Of a DNA stretch of 64,000 nt, positions 39,050 through 52,369 are shown piece after piece. Origin of the DNA: Lama glama. Lineage: Eukaryota. Position numbers and translations under genes: made by a program. Position 1 is the first letter of the stretch, and the number at the start of each line of letters is the position of its first letter. The stretch covers positions 89,158,001-89,222,000 of the forward strand of contig CM052817.1 of the NCBI GenBank assembly GCA_028534125.1, given 5' to 3'. The notes below the pieces were generated by a model. The model saw only the letters and a program-made list of their open reading frames with translations. It did no database searches and was not told the origin of the DNA.

Positions 39050-41270
39050 TTCTTAAAACCCCATACTCTCACCATCTTATCCATCATCTACTGCAATTTC
39101 ATCTCAATAAAGTGGATTCAGTAACTTTATTGCCCTTCACCTAAACTTTATAATACTGCCTACTCTACCTGCTGGAACTATGCTCCTAAGCAGTATCAAT
39201 ATTTCCTTAAGAGTGTTTCATGCCCTAACTGCAGTTACGTCCCCTTCCTTGAGAATTACTTTACCTGTAGCGCTACCCAGTGTTGACTATTCTCTCGCTC
39301 ACCATGCACTTCAGCTTTGTTTGCTGTGCTTAATATTCTGTTTGTTCCTTGTTATAAGGTCCAGATCTGTACTCACTCATCTTGAAGACATTTGAGGCAT
39401 GTGTCCTTATACTACACCACCCAGCAGTCCCTATAACGTGTCAGCATCTAGCTTCAGTATTCTCTCCACCCTAGTTATTGCCGATATTCTGGGTGACCCC
39501 AGGTTCCACAGAGATGACCTTTCCAACATTCACCCTCTCTGTTCTTTAATCTCTTTACCTCTAAAGATTTCCCCCTCCCCTTTCTCATCCATGTAATCCT
39601 ACACCATAAGCCAGATCTTGTTCCCCCCAATGGTGCTCCTGCCACCCCCTTCACTGGTAGTCGTAGTGCTCTCTCTACCAACCCTCTCAGCTCACTTGTG
39701 AATTGCTACTATCTGTATATTCTTTGATCTCATGTGAATCTCCACTTTTCCATATTTCCATGTCTCCATTCCTTGACCTCATCTTGTTTCCCCTCCATAT
39801 TCAGCCTTTGTTCCATGCTTCATTATTCTAATAACTCTCATGCCAATGCTCTAAACCTCATTCACATTTTTTATTCTCATTGCACCCAAGGAACAAATTC
39901 TAAAGTTTCTCAACTACCTGCTTTATAATAAAACCTTACAACTGGCAATGAAGCATGTTGTCATATTATCTGTATACATAACCTCCAAAACTACCACATC
40001 AGTTCCTTCTTCACAAGGACATTTCTTTAGAGTGGTTGACCTTTGTTCTCTTTACGTTCTGACTTCTCTTTTTACCCCTTTACCCCATTCAGCTGTCTCC
40101 AATCATTCCATCAAAAGAACACTTGCTTTAGTTACTCACGACCTTCTGGAGTTTAATTTAGAAACATTTTTAGGTTTCTTAATTGTCTGGTGAATTATTT
40201 CCTTTTCAAAACACTTCGCTTGCATTTTGCCACTCAACCTGTATTGATCTTATTCTGCTCTATCTGGCTCTTGCTTCTTGATCTCTTTTTCTAGAGCATC
40301 AGCTTTCTCTCTTTTTCTCCCAGTAGTGCGTTTTGTGAAGACCATTCATGTTAAAAGCTTCCATTGTACCTCTGTACCATCTATATGCTAATTACTTGCA
40401 AATTTATGCTTAAACTTCTTCACTGAGCTTCAGACTCCTATCTCTTAAGTGCCTACTTAATATTTAAAGAAACTGAAATTTTTCTTCGCACAAAGTAGAG
40501 TATTAAAGTACATTAAACGAAGACCAAAGTTACCTCAAACTGAGTATACTCCAAATAAACTCAGATCTCTTCCTCATACCTTCCCTACCAAGGAAAGTAA
40601 CTAGGTCTCCTCTAGTGATTATCTCAGTGACTGATACCACTATTCATCTTTATGATTATGACAAGTACTGAGAAGTCACACTTCCTTGCCCTCTCATATT
40701 ATATCCTAATATATCACTAAGTCGTATCTATTTTTCTCCAAAGTTCCACTAAAAAACCACTTTCCTTTCCACTGCTAGTTTAAATAGCTGTCACACCCTC
40801 CCACATTCTTTCTATTGACTTATCTTCTAACTGATCTGTTTGTAACCCCTGTGTACCAGAGCTGAAAAAAATACTCCACAACTTTATCCCAAAATTTTAT
40901 GTTCCTTTCTTATATACTATTTCTTCTGTTTTGAAGACTTTTCTGTTGTTTTCTCTACTCTCTAAGTCATTTTCCTACTTAACTAACTTTCCTTCTATGG
41001 ATAGCTGCTCTGTGATCTCTGCTCTGTATTACTTCAAGAGCTCTTTCCTAACTAGCAAGACAATAATGAATTCCTAGGCTCTATGAGCTTATAACTTCAT
41101 AACATTTTCATTCATAGAACTTTCACAATCTTCTACAGTGCATCGTATTTATGAGAGAATGGTCTGTATCTGTTATTTTCTGACTCTTTACTCCCAGTGA
41201 CTAACAGTTCCTGACACATAGTAGGGACTACCATGAAGTAACTACTGTTTCTACAATCAGTGAATAAGGA
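39050..41270 (+). mobile_element. Long decayed L2 (ORF2 remnant to 3' end)
   Basis: Strong C/T strand skew, ATTCTGGGTGACCCCAGGTTCCAC, AAATTTATGCTTAAAC...CTGAGCTTCAGACTCCTAT, 3' end AACAGTTCCTGACACATAGTAGG. Confidence 0.65.
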
Positions 41271-42632
41271 GGCATAAATTATTTGCTATGGGGGGACTAA
41301 ATACTTTATTATATGTAGTTTCTATTATCCAGTAAAATGCAACACACAATTCAGCCCTGAATACTGATAAAATGTTCTATGTCATTCTTATATAAGGGAC
41401 ACACAGGGCATACTTATATAAAGGGCAGAGGGGATAATAGGAAAAGTTTTCCATTATGTTTGACAAAACAATTAAATATTTTCCTTAATGGAAACTTGTA
41501 GATACTGAAAATGTAATATTAATTCAACTGAGTAAAAGTATTTCTACAGAGAACTAAGATGCTTTTTGTTGTTGTTCTTACAAAACTTAAATTTAGTAAC
41601 AGAAATTAGAACACCAGTTCCAAATGCTAAAATGTCAGTCATCTGAAGTAGAACAAATTGAATCTCCCAGGATTAGGAAAAGGATTTGTTTTAGGATCTT
41701 GGATATAGCTAAGCCTCTAAGAGATACTAACTTGTTCTAGGTCTATGGATTGGGAAATATCAAGAATAAATAACCAGATAATTAGTTACAGATTCTTTCA
41801 ATGTCTTAAGTGAGGTTCATGAAAGTCTTAATTATGAATAATTCACAGTTAGATCCTTTGATGCATGTCTGAAATGCAAATGTTTTGGTTGTTTATTTAA
41901 AATAATCCATTTAGATACCAGATGTTCTGGTGACAGAGTAAATAATTCTGTTCTAAAACTTAGAAACTCACATCTATTCCTTCCTAGTTTGAAAGATAGC
42001 CTCAAGAGGGTAAGCCAGAGAGGTGTCTATGACCTAACATGAATTATGATATTGATAAAGGGCTTAGAAGTATGCCTGACACATAGCAGCTGATGTATAA
42101 TGGTAAAGTTATTATAGTTATACTTGCAACCAAAAAATTATTCCTGTAGGAAATGTACATTTGTTTATTTATTATATCCCCATTAAAAATCTGGAATTTA
42201 GGCTTATAAGTATACATCTGGACATATTTGTATACTCTGAACAGATTTATTTTGAAATTGAAAAATGTTCATTGAATAATTATATAGTATTCTACAAGTT
42301 GTGCTGATAAAAGGATTAACCTTTTATTATTACTCAAAACATAAATAATTAAATCTATGAATGAAATCTGACAGTTATTTACATATAAGAAGCTAAACTT
42401 CTGAAAAATACATTCATTACTTCAGGGCTTGAATTATCTTAAAGAATTTAATTCTAGAAAATGTTTTAAGCTTCTCTTATATTCACTATGTAATAGGAAT
42501 AGTTGAGGAATGGAAAAAAATGATCCAGTTGGATCTTTATTCTCAAGAAAATTTAGTCTATTTAGAAGAGAAAGACACTTATATAGCAATGATAATCAGA
42601 AGTGCCACAAATATTGGTACTTGGAGGTGGGA

Positions 42633-43012
42633 AAGAAACAGAATTCAGCTGAATAAATGTAAAGATCTAACTGGCTTTATTCAATGATTCATTAATTAAG
42701 CAGCATCCCATCTAGCAGAAAGAAAGGAGCTCCAAGGAGCTGTACAAATAGAAGGCTTTTATAGGCAGAAGAGGGTTGGGAAAGGGAGTTTCTCACAAGG
42801 AGCATCTTGTTTCTGGCAAAGGTCACCTTCCTGTGGGGTACACATGGGGTCTACCCAATGAATTATTTCACTAGTGATGACCAGATAATTCCAAATTGAC
42901 TAGTTAAAGGTCGCATTCCTGGGATAGCCTGAAACTGCAGTTAAATTAGGTTCTGACTTGCTGACGTGGGGCTTAGTACAAGTGGCTCTGTGGGGGCCTA
43001 CTGTTTGTTAAC
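42633..43012 (-). mobile_element. ERV1-type solo LTR
   Basis: CTTTATT (antisense AATAAA) at ~42675, TTTTATAG (antisense TATA) at ~42757, GACTTGCTGACGTGGGGCTTAG, ends GTTAACA. Confidence 0.65.
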
Positions 43013-45064
43013 AAAGGAAACACTTCTGTACAAAATAAATGAGACAGATTTTTGTGTATAGTATTTAAACAGTGTCTCTTACGGATGTTCTTTGCGGGAT
43101 TTTGCTGATTTCCTTTTGCTTTAGGGACCCTTAAGCAATTTATTGATTGTTCAGGTTACTGAGGGAGCTAATAGGATCTCTGCAGTGATCAACTGATACT
43201 TAAATTAGCAAAGCTAGTTTTCAAAGGATGGCTTAGGATCTCCCATCTCTGCATCTCCTGTTTGCCTATCATTGTTCCCTATGTAGGCATCCTTTTGTAA
43301 TGAGGTAAGGATACTTCATATGATCTCTGGATTAGTAAACATTTACTGAAAAATTAATTTATTTATAACTTTGTTTAAGCATTAGTAAATGTCATGTCTA
43401 CATTTAAAAAACTTTAAGCATGACATATGATAGTTAAATCCTTTCAGAACATACACCATGGAAAGCAAATTATGCACATCTTTAGTAAAAATTTAATTTT
43501 TTTCCTGTGTAATGTAGTCAGATTTTCCTTCTTTTCTGAGTATCCTGTATTCTCACATATTTGTGATAGGCATATGTCTAGACGAGAAAGAAAATGAGGT
43601 AGGTGCCCTTAGAACATGCTGGATTCAGGGAGGAGAACCAAAGAGCTATCGTTTTTTTGACATAGGTCTTGTGAGTAACACACAGTGGGAGACACAACAT
43701 GGTGCAGCTGAAGTTGTTTATTCAGTGTTTCATCTGATGATACTGTTGGTCTCTGACTCTGTCCTCGACAAATGTTAACATTTAGCTAGTATGCCGGTGG
43801 TGTTAGAAATATGTTTTTCTGTCGAATTCTCATTTATTCTTCACATCCAGATCTAAGGTGTGGGAACAGATGTATAGGAAAAAAAAAAGGTGACGTCTTC
43901 ATTCCCTGCACAGAGGAGACCATTATTCCCTTGAAAGAAAAAAAAAATCAAGTTATATTTAGTAATGGTTTTAACATTTTTAATTATTATGTTTTACTTT
44001 TCTCAAGAACTTGATAATATTGTTTCACTATAAATATACCCCATGACTTAGTCACTTTCTGGAAAGAAGTTCTTTCATTCAAAGCCACATCCAAATACAG
44101 GCTCTTCAAAGTACTAATGGGAAGTCTCATTCTTCTTGGTCATGCCCCTTGGTGTTATTCCCTAAATGGAATTTGAAACAGCTGTCAAGAAATCTAGTCT
44201 AGCTAGAGGAAAGAATGTGAATAAAAAGCTAAATCATAATGTAATGAATAAAAGGGTTTCACCAGGCTTGTGGTCATCTGTGGCAACAGATAAATTGTAT
44301 TTAAATATTATCAACAGTATTTCACGAGTACCTGTCTCTAACAGTTGCTGTAAATGAGCCTAAATGGCTTTATGTGCATGCAGAAATGAACAAAGCCTCA
44401 CCTGTTTCACTGGGGAAAAGGAACAAAGGCACTCAATTAGACTGTTCATGTTGCCAGCACCAGCAGCTTCAAGGTGTCCAGTCTGGCCTTATCTTAAAAG
44501 GCAGTCGGACTCCAGCGGTGCAGCATTTCAAGACAAATGGTCTCACCTAGGTTTCTTGAAATGGCACCTTTCTAAGCTGTACAAATATGGAGGTGAAGGG
44601 GCTGATAGCTAACAATCTAATTATCTGGTATTCTAGAAACCTGTTAGGTGTAACCTTTTATATTGCTCAATTTCTATTGTAAACTCACCGTGAGAGATGA
44701 GATGTATGTTAGAATTACTCAGACCCTAGATTTTAGTGAAGGTGCATGGAAAACTGATAAATTTAAGTTCTGTATCACGCGCTAGCCACTTCCATTTCAC
44801 ATGTATCCTTAACATATTCTTATTTTAAAAAGTAAGCATCTTTCAGTAGTTCAGGAAACTGAAATTATTGAATGTTTTCCCTTAGAACAAGATAGACAAA
44901 TTGATACAGGTGAATACCATGAATACTTTTATCCTTCTTTTCTGGATAGAACAGATTTATAAAACCAGAACAAGGCGTGAATGAAACTGAGTGATTTGTT
45001 TTGGGAATATAATAAACAAGATTCTGGAATCCAAGCTTTTCATGCTCAGCTTGCCAGAGATTCC

Positions 45065-45246
45065 CCTAGTTCTTGTGTTCTTTAAATAATCATGTATAAG
45101 AGTCATCTTGAGAGCTTGCCCTGTCCTGAAAGATTCTCATTTAGTAATTGCATAGTTGGGGATAAAGTAGGTAAGTTTTTTTATCAGGCAACTCAGGCGA
45201 TTCTTTTACCACCAGAGATCTGCAGACTTGGAGAAAGACTCCTCTA
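45065..45246. mobile_element. MER5-type hAT MITE
   Basis: GAGTCATCTTGAGAGCTT...AGATTCTCATTTAGTAA...CTCAGGCGATTCTT...TTGGAGAAAGACTCCTCTAG. Confidence 0.5.
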
Positions 45247-45499
45247 GGTACTGTGGGCTTGGTACTGAGTTGAATAGATTCTCAGGAAAGCACACTTAAT
45301 GTCAGTGTTTTCTAAGGATATTAAATATCATCCTGTATATCAAATCAAATGTCAAGAAGAGCAAAAGACTTGCTAATGAAGCAATAGCCCTTCTCTTCCT
45401 CATTCTTTTATTCTGCCATGTTGTTTTCTCTTGGGTCACACAGTCCTCAAATGCAGTTTACGTTAGATAACAAGGTCCCAGTATCCACTGAACCTTTAT

Positions 45500-45733
45500 T
45501 CTTTGATAGAGTAACCCAGGATTTTATCTTGGCTTGGGTTGCCTAGAACAAAGACACTACTTTCCAACATCCATGCACAGGTTGAAGACTTGTGACTAAA
45601 TATTGTCCAAATGGCTGTAAGGAGATATGTTTTTACAACTTTTAAAAAATTCCTTGAAAAAGAAGGCACAGATTTTTTTTATTTTCTTCCTCCTACTTTC
45701 TGTTAGATGGACAAAGTTATGATAGCTGGAACT
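45500..45733 (+). mobile_element. ERVL LTR fragment (LTR33/LTR16-like), interrupted by the next element
   Basis: AAAGACACTACTTTCCAACATCC...TGTGACTAAATATTGTCCAAATGG...TGATAGCTGGAACT. Resumes as CAAGTGGCCATCTT at ~46238. Confidence 0.55.
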
Positions 45734-46235
45734 TGAAGGAAATCAGAATGTCACCCTAAAATATGCCTTTTTGACATGAAAATTATTGTGAGCTAAAGAC
45801 ACTTGAAGAAAAAACCCCTCAGGTGCAAAAAGAGTGCTCTGACCTTCCTCTTTCACTTCCTGGAAGCAGGAGATAAGACCCCCATGGAAGATGTCTTCCA
45901 TATATCAGAAGGAAAGTAACATTCTTATCAAGGACCTTGAGACCCAGAGAATTCTATACAAACAGACTTTGTTAAAATAATTCGTTAACATCCTTAGATT
46001 CTTCATTAGATTACTCACTTTTCTACAACTGACTTTTTAATTAAACCTAATACAAAAGCAAGCAGGTTTTGCTGTTTCTTTGGGTCTTTATTCTGTATGT
46101 GGGTTCACCTGTCAAGTAAGACATACTAAAGTTGTAGGTTTTTTCCTCTTGTTGATCTGTCTTATATCAACAGAATTCTTAGGCCCAGCTGAAAAAAAAA
46201 ATCCTAAGAAGTAACATTTGGGCTCAAATTTGCAC
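45734..46235 (+). mobile_element. ERV1 solo LTR, MER90/LTR54-like
   Basis: Starts TGAAGGAAATCAGAATGTCACCCTAAAATATGCCTTTTTGACAT. Contains TTTCTTTGGGTCTT and CTTGTTGATCTGTCTTAT. Confidence 0.7.
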
Positions 46236-47269
46236 TCAAGTGGCCATCTTTCTCTGAGTAGAGCTGCAGGTAGAGGATGCACTAGATGTCAGCCTTCTTG
46301 GAGACAGTTTCTGAACATTTTTATCTTTCCACTGCTTTATCTTTAAAGACTATATAACAGTTCATGAAACAGAGCAGACTCAATCAATATTCAAATGAGT
46401 GGATTTTTCAGATCATATTTCAATTAAATACTACTTTTTAACTTTGAAAAGTAAATCAGTCCTTGATTTTTACTTTAGTCACTGAAAGAATGACAGTGTA
46501 CTGCCACAACTGAAATTCTTTTGGAAATACGCCATGTAGGGAAATTCTTTGCTATTTATGGCTGTCAATTCTGCAATTAGACTGAGGTTGTGAACATAAT
46601 TATACAGCTATTTGCTAGCATATTAACTGGTAACTATATGGTAGATGGAGGTTATGATTTGGGAAAAAGCTTACAACTACTAAAATGAGAATTCTAGCTG
46701 TCCCTTCACTAGTTTATAAGTGATTCATATCTATATCCAAGCTAAAGGCAGGGGTAGGGGGAGAAGAAATTCATTTAGTATTATACTGTGCCATTAATAA
46801 TTGACATAGTAGATAAAATTAAAATAGGCATTTTATCCTTGGCAATTAAATTTCATGCTTCTGCTGTGGGAGGCTCCGTTTTCCCAGCTGTTAGATACAG
46901 GGACTTTTTCCAAAATCTGACAGCAACTTCTTTAATTAGATTAAAACATCTTGTGAGATAGTGCCAAAATTTTAACTATTTATTCACATTTAATCATTTT
47001 CTGTACTCTAAAAACTACTGGTTACTCATATGCAATAGTGGAGACTGCATAAATCTTGATAATAGATTTCATTTGCAAGAATATAGTTAATGGGAAAAAA
47101 TGCAATTAATGTACTTTGCAGTGTTTCAGAAAACAGGAGATGAAAACATAACATGTTGTAAATTGTTCTCTCCCTTTTCCCCTTACCTAGATGTTTTTCC
47201 TTTGTTGGAAATGTTTTGCTAATTAAGCTAGTAATTTCTTTAAAAAGTGTTTAAAAAGGAATAATCATA

Positions 47270-47432
47270 TAAGATATTGAATATAGTTCCCTATGCTATA
47301 TATTCAATATCTTGTAGTAACCTATAATGAAAAAGAATATGAAAAGGAATATAGGTATGCATATGTATGACTGAACTATTATGCTTTTCACCGGAAATTG
47401 ACACAACATTGTAAACTATACTTCAATTTTAA
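47270..47432 (+). mobile_element. Very short young L1 3' end with 5' inversion (twin priming), 16-bp TSD
   Basis: 47270-47300 is the reverse complement of L1 TATAGCATAGGGAACTATATTCAATATCTTA. The forward part matches the L1 3' end at 20020-20140. TSD AAAAGGAATAATCATA (47254-47269) / AAAATGGATAATCATA (47433-47448). Confidence 0.9.
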
Positions 47433-47689
47433 AAAATGGATAATCATAGACTATCATAGGTCATGCTATAATATGGGTTATGGATTATCCTATTTAAGAT
47501 TTTATATTTGGAGTTATTTGAAATAAAATATGAAGAATAAGAAGGCAGGCTAAATTTATTATACAAAATTAATTTTGCTTTTCTTAAAAAATAACAAAGA
47601 TTGCAACGCATATAAATGATTGATAGCTACTTTAGAAATTCATTTTCTAAGAAATTGACATTTTTTTGGATTGCTTTTCTCCTTTTGCA

Positions 47690-48200
47690 GTTTAGTGCAT
47701 TTGTGACTATTTCCCACAAATCCATGGAACCCTTTCTTCCTAGGTTTTCATAGTAGCACATTATCCTGGTTCTCCACTATCTCAAAGGCCATTCTCTATT
47801 TTCTTCAAGAACTTCTTGTTTCTCTCATTTCCTAATTATGAGAGGCACAGCATCCTCCTATACACTGCTGACTTCATTTCTGTCTTTAAGAATAACTACA
47901 TACTTAGATCACAAAATATTACATTGCCCTCAAATTTCAGTATGAGTTTTCTTCTGCCTTGGTCATTTGTACCAGAATAGAAGCTAGAATCATCCAAACA
48001 TGGAAAATATCCAAATGTGGAACTAACTTTCCTCTCCCATCTTCTAAGTCAAGATGTTTCCATCTTGCCTGTTTCCTTTTATTCCACTATAATTTCTTAA
48101 AAGTGCCTTGACAGAAGCATTTCATGACCATGTATGTATACTTAACTTTGTCACCACCATCATCCAGTCATTAACAGTTCTGTTTATTATAATCTTAAAT
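47690..48200 (+). mobile_element. L2 fragment
   Basis: CCCTTTCTTCCTAGGTTTTCATAGTAGCACATTATCCTGGTTCTCC and CATCCAGTCATTAACAGTTCTGT. Confidence 0.5.
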
Positions 48201-49261
48201 TTTAAAATTTCAACCTCAAGTAAATGTAGCAATGAAAAGTTACTACCCTCCTTCCTTTCTCTCAGCTCATATATTTAATTATTTTCTGGAAAATTTGCAT
48301 TTGTATTTGAAGACTGCATGAATACCAAATTATTTGCTCAAGGCATAAATTATTATAATTGACCTTAAATTGAAATGTTACGTAAGTTACATTGAATTTT
48401 CAGAGTTGTCTGATACAGCTCTGTAATTTACAAATAAAATACCAAGTAAACTATTTGAAAATAAACTATTTGGAAAATAGAGGGAAAATGTAATTAATTC
48501 TATACATTTTGAATTAGACTGATCATGCATTCCTTGTATTATGCACATTTGAACAGATTTATATGTTAATTTAGTTAATATAGTTGTCTTTATAATAATA
48601 TAAGAACATAATATGACAGCATAATTATTTTCCATTTTACTTTTATCATGAGCTATACCACCTAAAGATAACTAGCATAGGCTACATATTTTTAGGGTGA
48701 GATTGTCATGGAATACAATACTATTTTACATATATAAAAATATCAATGGCTATCTTTCAGCTTTCATGTCATTCTTTCTCCCATATTCCTCACTATTTTC
48801 TACCATTCTGAAAAGCTACCCATTGAAAGGGCACAGGAAAATTGGGTAAATGCTAGTCTACTTATAGTAGAATGGAAAGGCCTGGAAGGGAGGTGGACAC
48901 TTACCAAGAGCTACTAGGTATCAGATCAACACAAAGGTTCAGATTTCATCTTAATACGTTGCTAGAATCCATCAAAATAGCTTTGTCTTGATTTCAAACA
49001 TAAGTTGTAAAATCCTCGTGAAATTCATTTTCTGAAAGATTGCCATTACATTGACTAAGACATGGCAATCAAAGTACATTATTGTAGTTGTTAATGATAG
49101 CACAGGAATATAGTCAACAGATCAATGCACACTGGAATCTGCACAGAGAGAAACACAGATATTGCTGGATAGTTATTTGGAAAAGTAACTTTTTGAACTA
49201 GAACTGTTAACCCACTCTGATCAAATGTGGCTGTTCAGACAGGCATTCCCTAAGCACACTA

Positions 49262-49615
49262 CGTTAAATTAAACAAGGAGGCCTTTAGCGTGACGTGGCT
49301 TTAATGCCTTTGTAGCCTCCATAAGCAAAATAAAACCTAAGCCTGTAAATGCTTCAAGGTTAAGAAACCCAAATCTAAGGACAACCAATCACAATAGTCA
49401 ACTCGGCTTTCTCCAAACTGCAACAGCTTAAGTTACAGCCAGTCAAATAATGTCCTTGCTTTGCTTTGGCCGTTTTTCTATCGTCTTTCCCTGAGCTCCT
49501 GCCAGGTGGAGCACTCCTTACCATTTCCAGTTTGGCACTGCCCAATTTGAATCAGTTTTTCTCAAAAAAAAAAAAAAATTGAAATTTTTAACAAGCCTCA
49601 GTTGATCTTTTAACA
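49262..49615 (+). mobile_element. ERV1-type solo LTR inserted in an L2 3' fragment
   Basis: (C/T)GTTAAATTAAACAAGGAGGCC start, ACAACCAATCAC CCAAT box, ends ATCTTTTAACA. Flanks join as L2-like GGCATTCCCTAAGCACACTA|TATCTAA. Confidence 0.7.
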
Positions 49616-50104
49616 TATCTAAGTGTGCCTGTCACTTTTTACACTACTTAAGTTTTTTCACAGCAACTTATCACCTGAAATATTATGTACTTATTTGTTG
49701 TCTATCATCATATCAAGAATGAGGAGTGAATGTGGAAACTTGGCCCCTTCATCTCTGTATCTCTAAAAGTAGAAGTAAGGGTTCTATAAATGTTTTTGAT
49801 TAAAGTAAGGCATATTTCTCATATTTTATGTCTGTCACAAAATTGAATTACTGCTGTTAATGTCATTTAACTTAAAGTTACATTTTTAAAAGATTAATAT
49901 CTATATATATTATCAACCTCATTGCATCTCACTTGAAGGTTAAGTAGGGCGATATGAAAATAGATAACTGTCAAATATAAAAGGCAATGTAACGTAGCAA
50001 AATTTGCAGAAAAGTAAGCATAAAAGATAATTTTAAAATAAACCTATTTTGCTATATCATTCTAAGTTGTTGAAGACAGTATGGTCTAGATTAGGAAGTG
50101 AGTC

Positions 50105-50265
50105 TGAACCCAGTTAGCATATCATAATCCTTCTGAGAATATTTATAATATTTATTCTGATGCATGGGCCATACTCTTAGGAATTCTTGTTTCATTGGCG
50201 TAGGATAGGAACTGGGGCTCAGTAGTTTTGGAAAGCTCCCCAGAATGATTCTCACTGAATGCTCC
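50105..50265. mobile_element. MER5-type hAT MITE
   Basis: GCATATCATAATCCTTCTGAGAA...GATGCATGGGCC...AAAGCTCCCCAGAATGATTCT. Confidence 0.45.
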
Positions 50266-51729
50266 CAACACCCTATTGTTCTTCTAGCTCTGTTTCTAAA
50301 ATAACATTTTAAATTCTAACTTTCCAAAACTTTCTTCTTTCTTTGTACTTCACATTGCATATGCCATTATTTCCTTTCACATTTTAAGATTGTTATTTCC
50401 TTTATTTTCACTCATAACAAAGCAATACAGCAAACAAAATTGTTTTAAATTATGCTTTTTTGAAATGAAAGATTGATTACCTTTAAATGTGAGATTTTGG
50501 TAGTCCCAACATTTATAAAATACTTAAAACTAGGTTATTTTTATTCAAAATAGTTCTACTGAATATTTGATGGGACATTTCTGTGTTATGTGTAAATTCT
50601 GGTTGATTTATTTTTGGGTAGTCTGACAAAACATTATTGAAATAATCTTATTACAATTCAGCACTTGGCTACGACAGCATAAATATTGGTTTGACTATTT
50701 TCAGTAAACTGATGAGCTAGCAACCAGTTCAGATGAAAATACTAAAAAATAGATAAATATTTTGCCATAAATATCTTAATAATAAAAGAAGGCACTGAAT
50801 GTGCTGTCTCTAGGCCCCTGACATTTTGCACAGCAGAGGCAAAAACTTAAAATATTACTACTTAGGGTACAACCTCTGAATACTGGGCTCCCTATTAGTA
50901 TAACAGAACATGTGAGAACTGTGCCTCGACAGGACAAAATTGGATAATGGTGCTGCTTTTTTTAATTTTCCTGCTTTAGGTAGTGGAGTCTTGACACCAC
51001 AGTTGAACAGTTTACCTGGTCCAGGAGAGTATGTAACAATTTCTGTAGAAGACTTCTCTAATTTTTGCTTTAGAAAAATATGGGAAAGAATTTTCTTCCA
51101 AACTGATAGATGTTGCCTTCGTGCGTGTGTTTGCACAAGTGTGTGTGTGCACGCGAGTGCAAGTGTAGTACAGCACTTAATCCGTGCAGTTGAAGGTAAT
51201 TGCAACAGGCCAGTCTAAATCCTCCTCTCAGAAAGCTGTTCTGCTTTTAGCCCCCATATCTGTTTTGAGCTTCAATCACAGATGGTTGCTCTAATTCGGG
51301 CCAGTAAAATACACCAATTAATGCTGTTCACACTCTCTCACCTGAGTCCCTGGATGACCACTTTCTCTAACAATGCCAAGACTCTGATTACATTGTAGTG
51401 GGAAGAACTACTTTAAATCCAAGTAGAGAAGCTTTCCGACTGTTCACACACCATAGGAACCTTGACATTTCCTATGAAATGCCATTAAGTAGACCCCTGC
51501 AGGAGTGATTCCTCATGTTACAAGATTGGCCTGTCTGGCCATTATAATCATAAAGCTTTATATATTCACTTACTTCTATAAGAGTAAGAAAGTTAATTTT
51601 TTTTCAGTTTTCTCAGTACCTAAAAGGCCTAAGTAAATCCTATAAAGTGCTTAATTAATGAAATTTTTAAAATCTTCTAATCATGAATTCTGATTTTTTC
51701 AAACCTATCTTTTAACTTTTAAAAAGTCA

Positions 51730-52365
51730 CATTTTAAATAGCTTTATTTAGGTACAATTTGCATACAATGAAAGTCACTTGCTTTAAAAGGATATGTATA
51801 ATCCAATGACTTTTAATAAATTTAGTATTGTGCAACCAGTACTACAATCCATTTTAAAATATTTTTATCATTTAAAAAGATCCTTTGTGCCTGTTTGAAG
51901 TTTTTTTTTGTTCTTACTTCAGCTACAGCCAACTACTAACCTATTTTACGTATCTAGAGATTTACCTTTTCATATAAATGCAGTTGTACAAAATGTGGTA
52001 TTTTGTGTTGAGCTTCTTTCATAAACATTATGTTTTCAAAGTTTGTCTGTGGGGTAGATGTGCTTTGTTTCTCCTTATTGCTGAATAGTATTTCCCTGTC
52101 TGGATATACCACATTTGTTTATCTATTCAGCAGATGGACATTTGAGTTATTTCTAATATTTTTATTTTTATAGATACTGCTAAAATTGTTCCCATAAAGA
52201 TATTTGTGTGGTCGTATATTTTCATTGCTTTTAGATGGAGCCTAAAAATGGGATTGGTTTGTTGTATAGTGAATGTGTATATATCTTGTTAAGAAACTGA
52301 AAAACTCTTTTCCAAAGTGGCTGCATCATATTATATTCTCACTTGCAAAGTATGAAGTTTCCAGG
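51730..52365 (-). mobile_element. L1MB7/8-type 3' end
   Basis: ATAGCTTTATTTAGGTACAATTTGCATACAAT, TTGTGCAACCAGTACTACAATCCATTTT, TTATTGCTGAATAGTATT, TTTTCCAAAGTGGCTGCA. Confidence 0.85.
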
Positions 52366-52369
52366 GCTA

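Noticed and set aside
7569..47654. Scattered perfect STAT5-type sites (TTCTAAGAA / TTCTTAGAA at ~7569, ~15141, ~37878, ~47646)
   Set aside because: Isolated AT-rich 9-mers at a frequency compatible with chance; not clustered.
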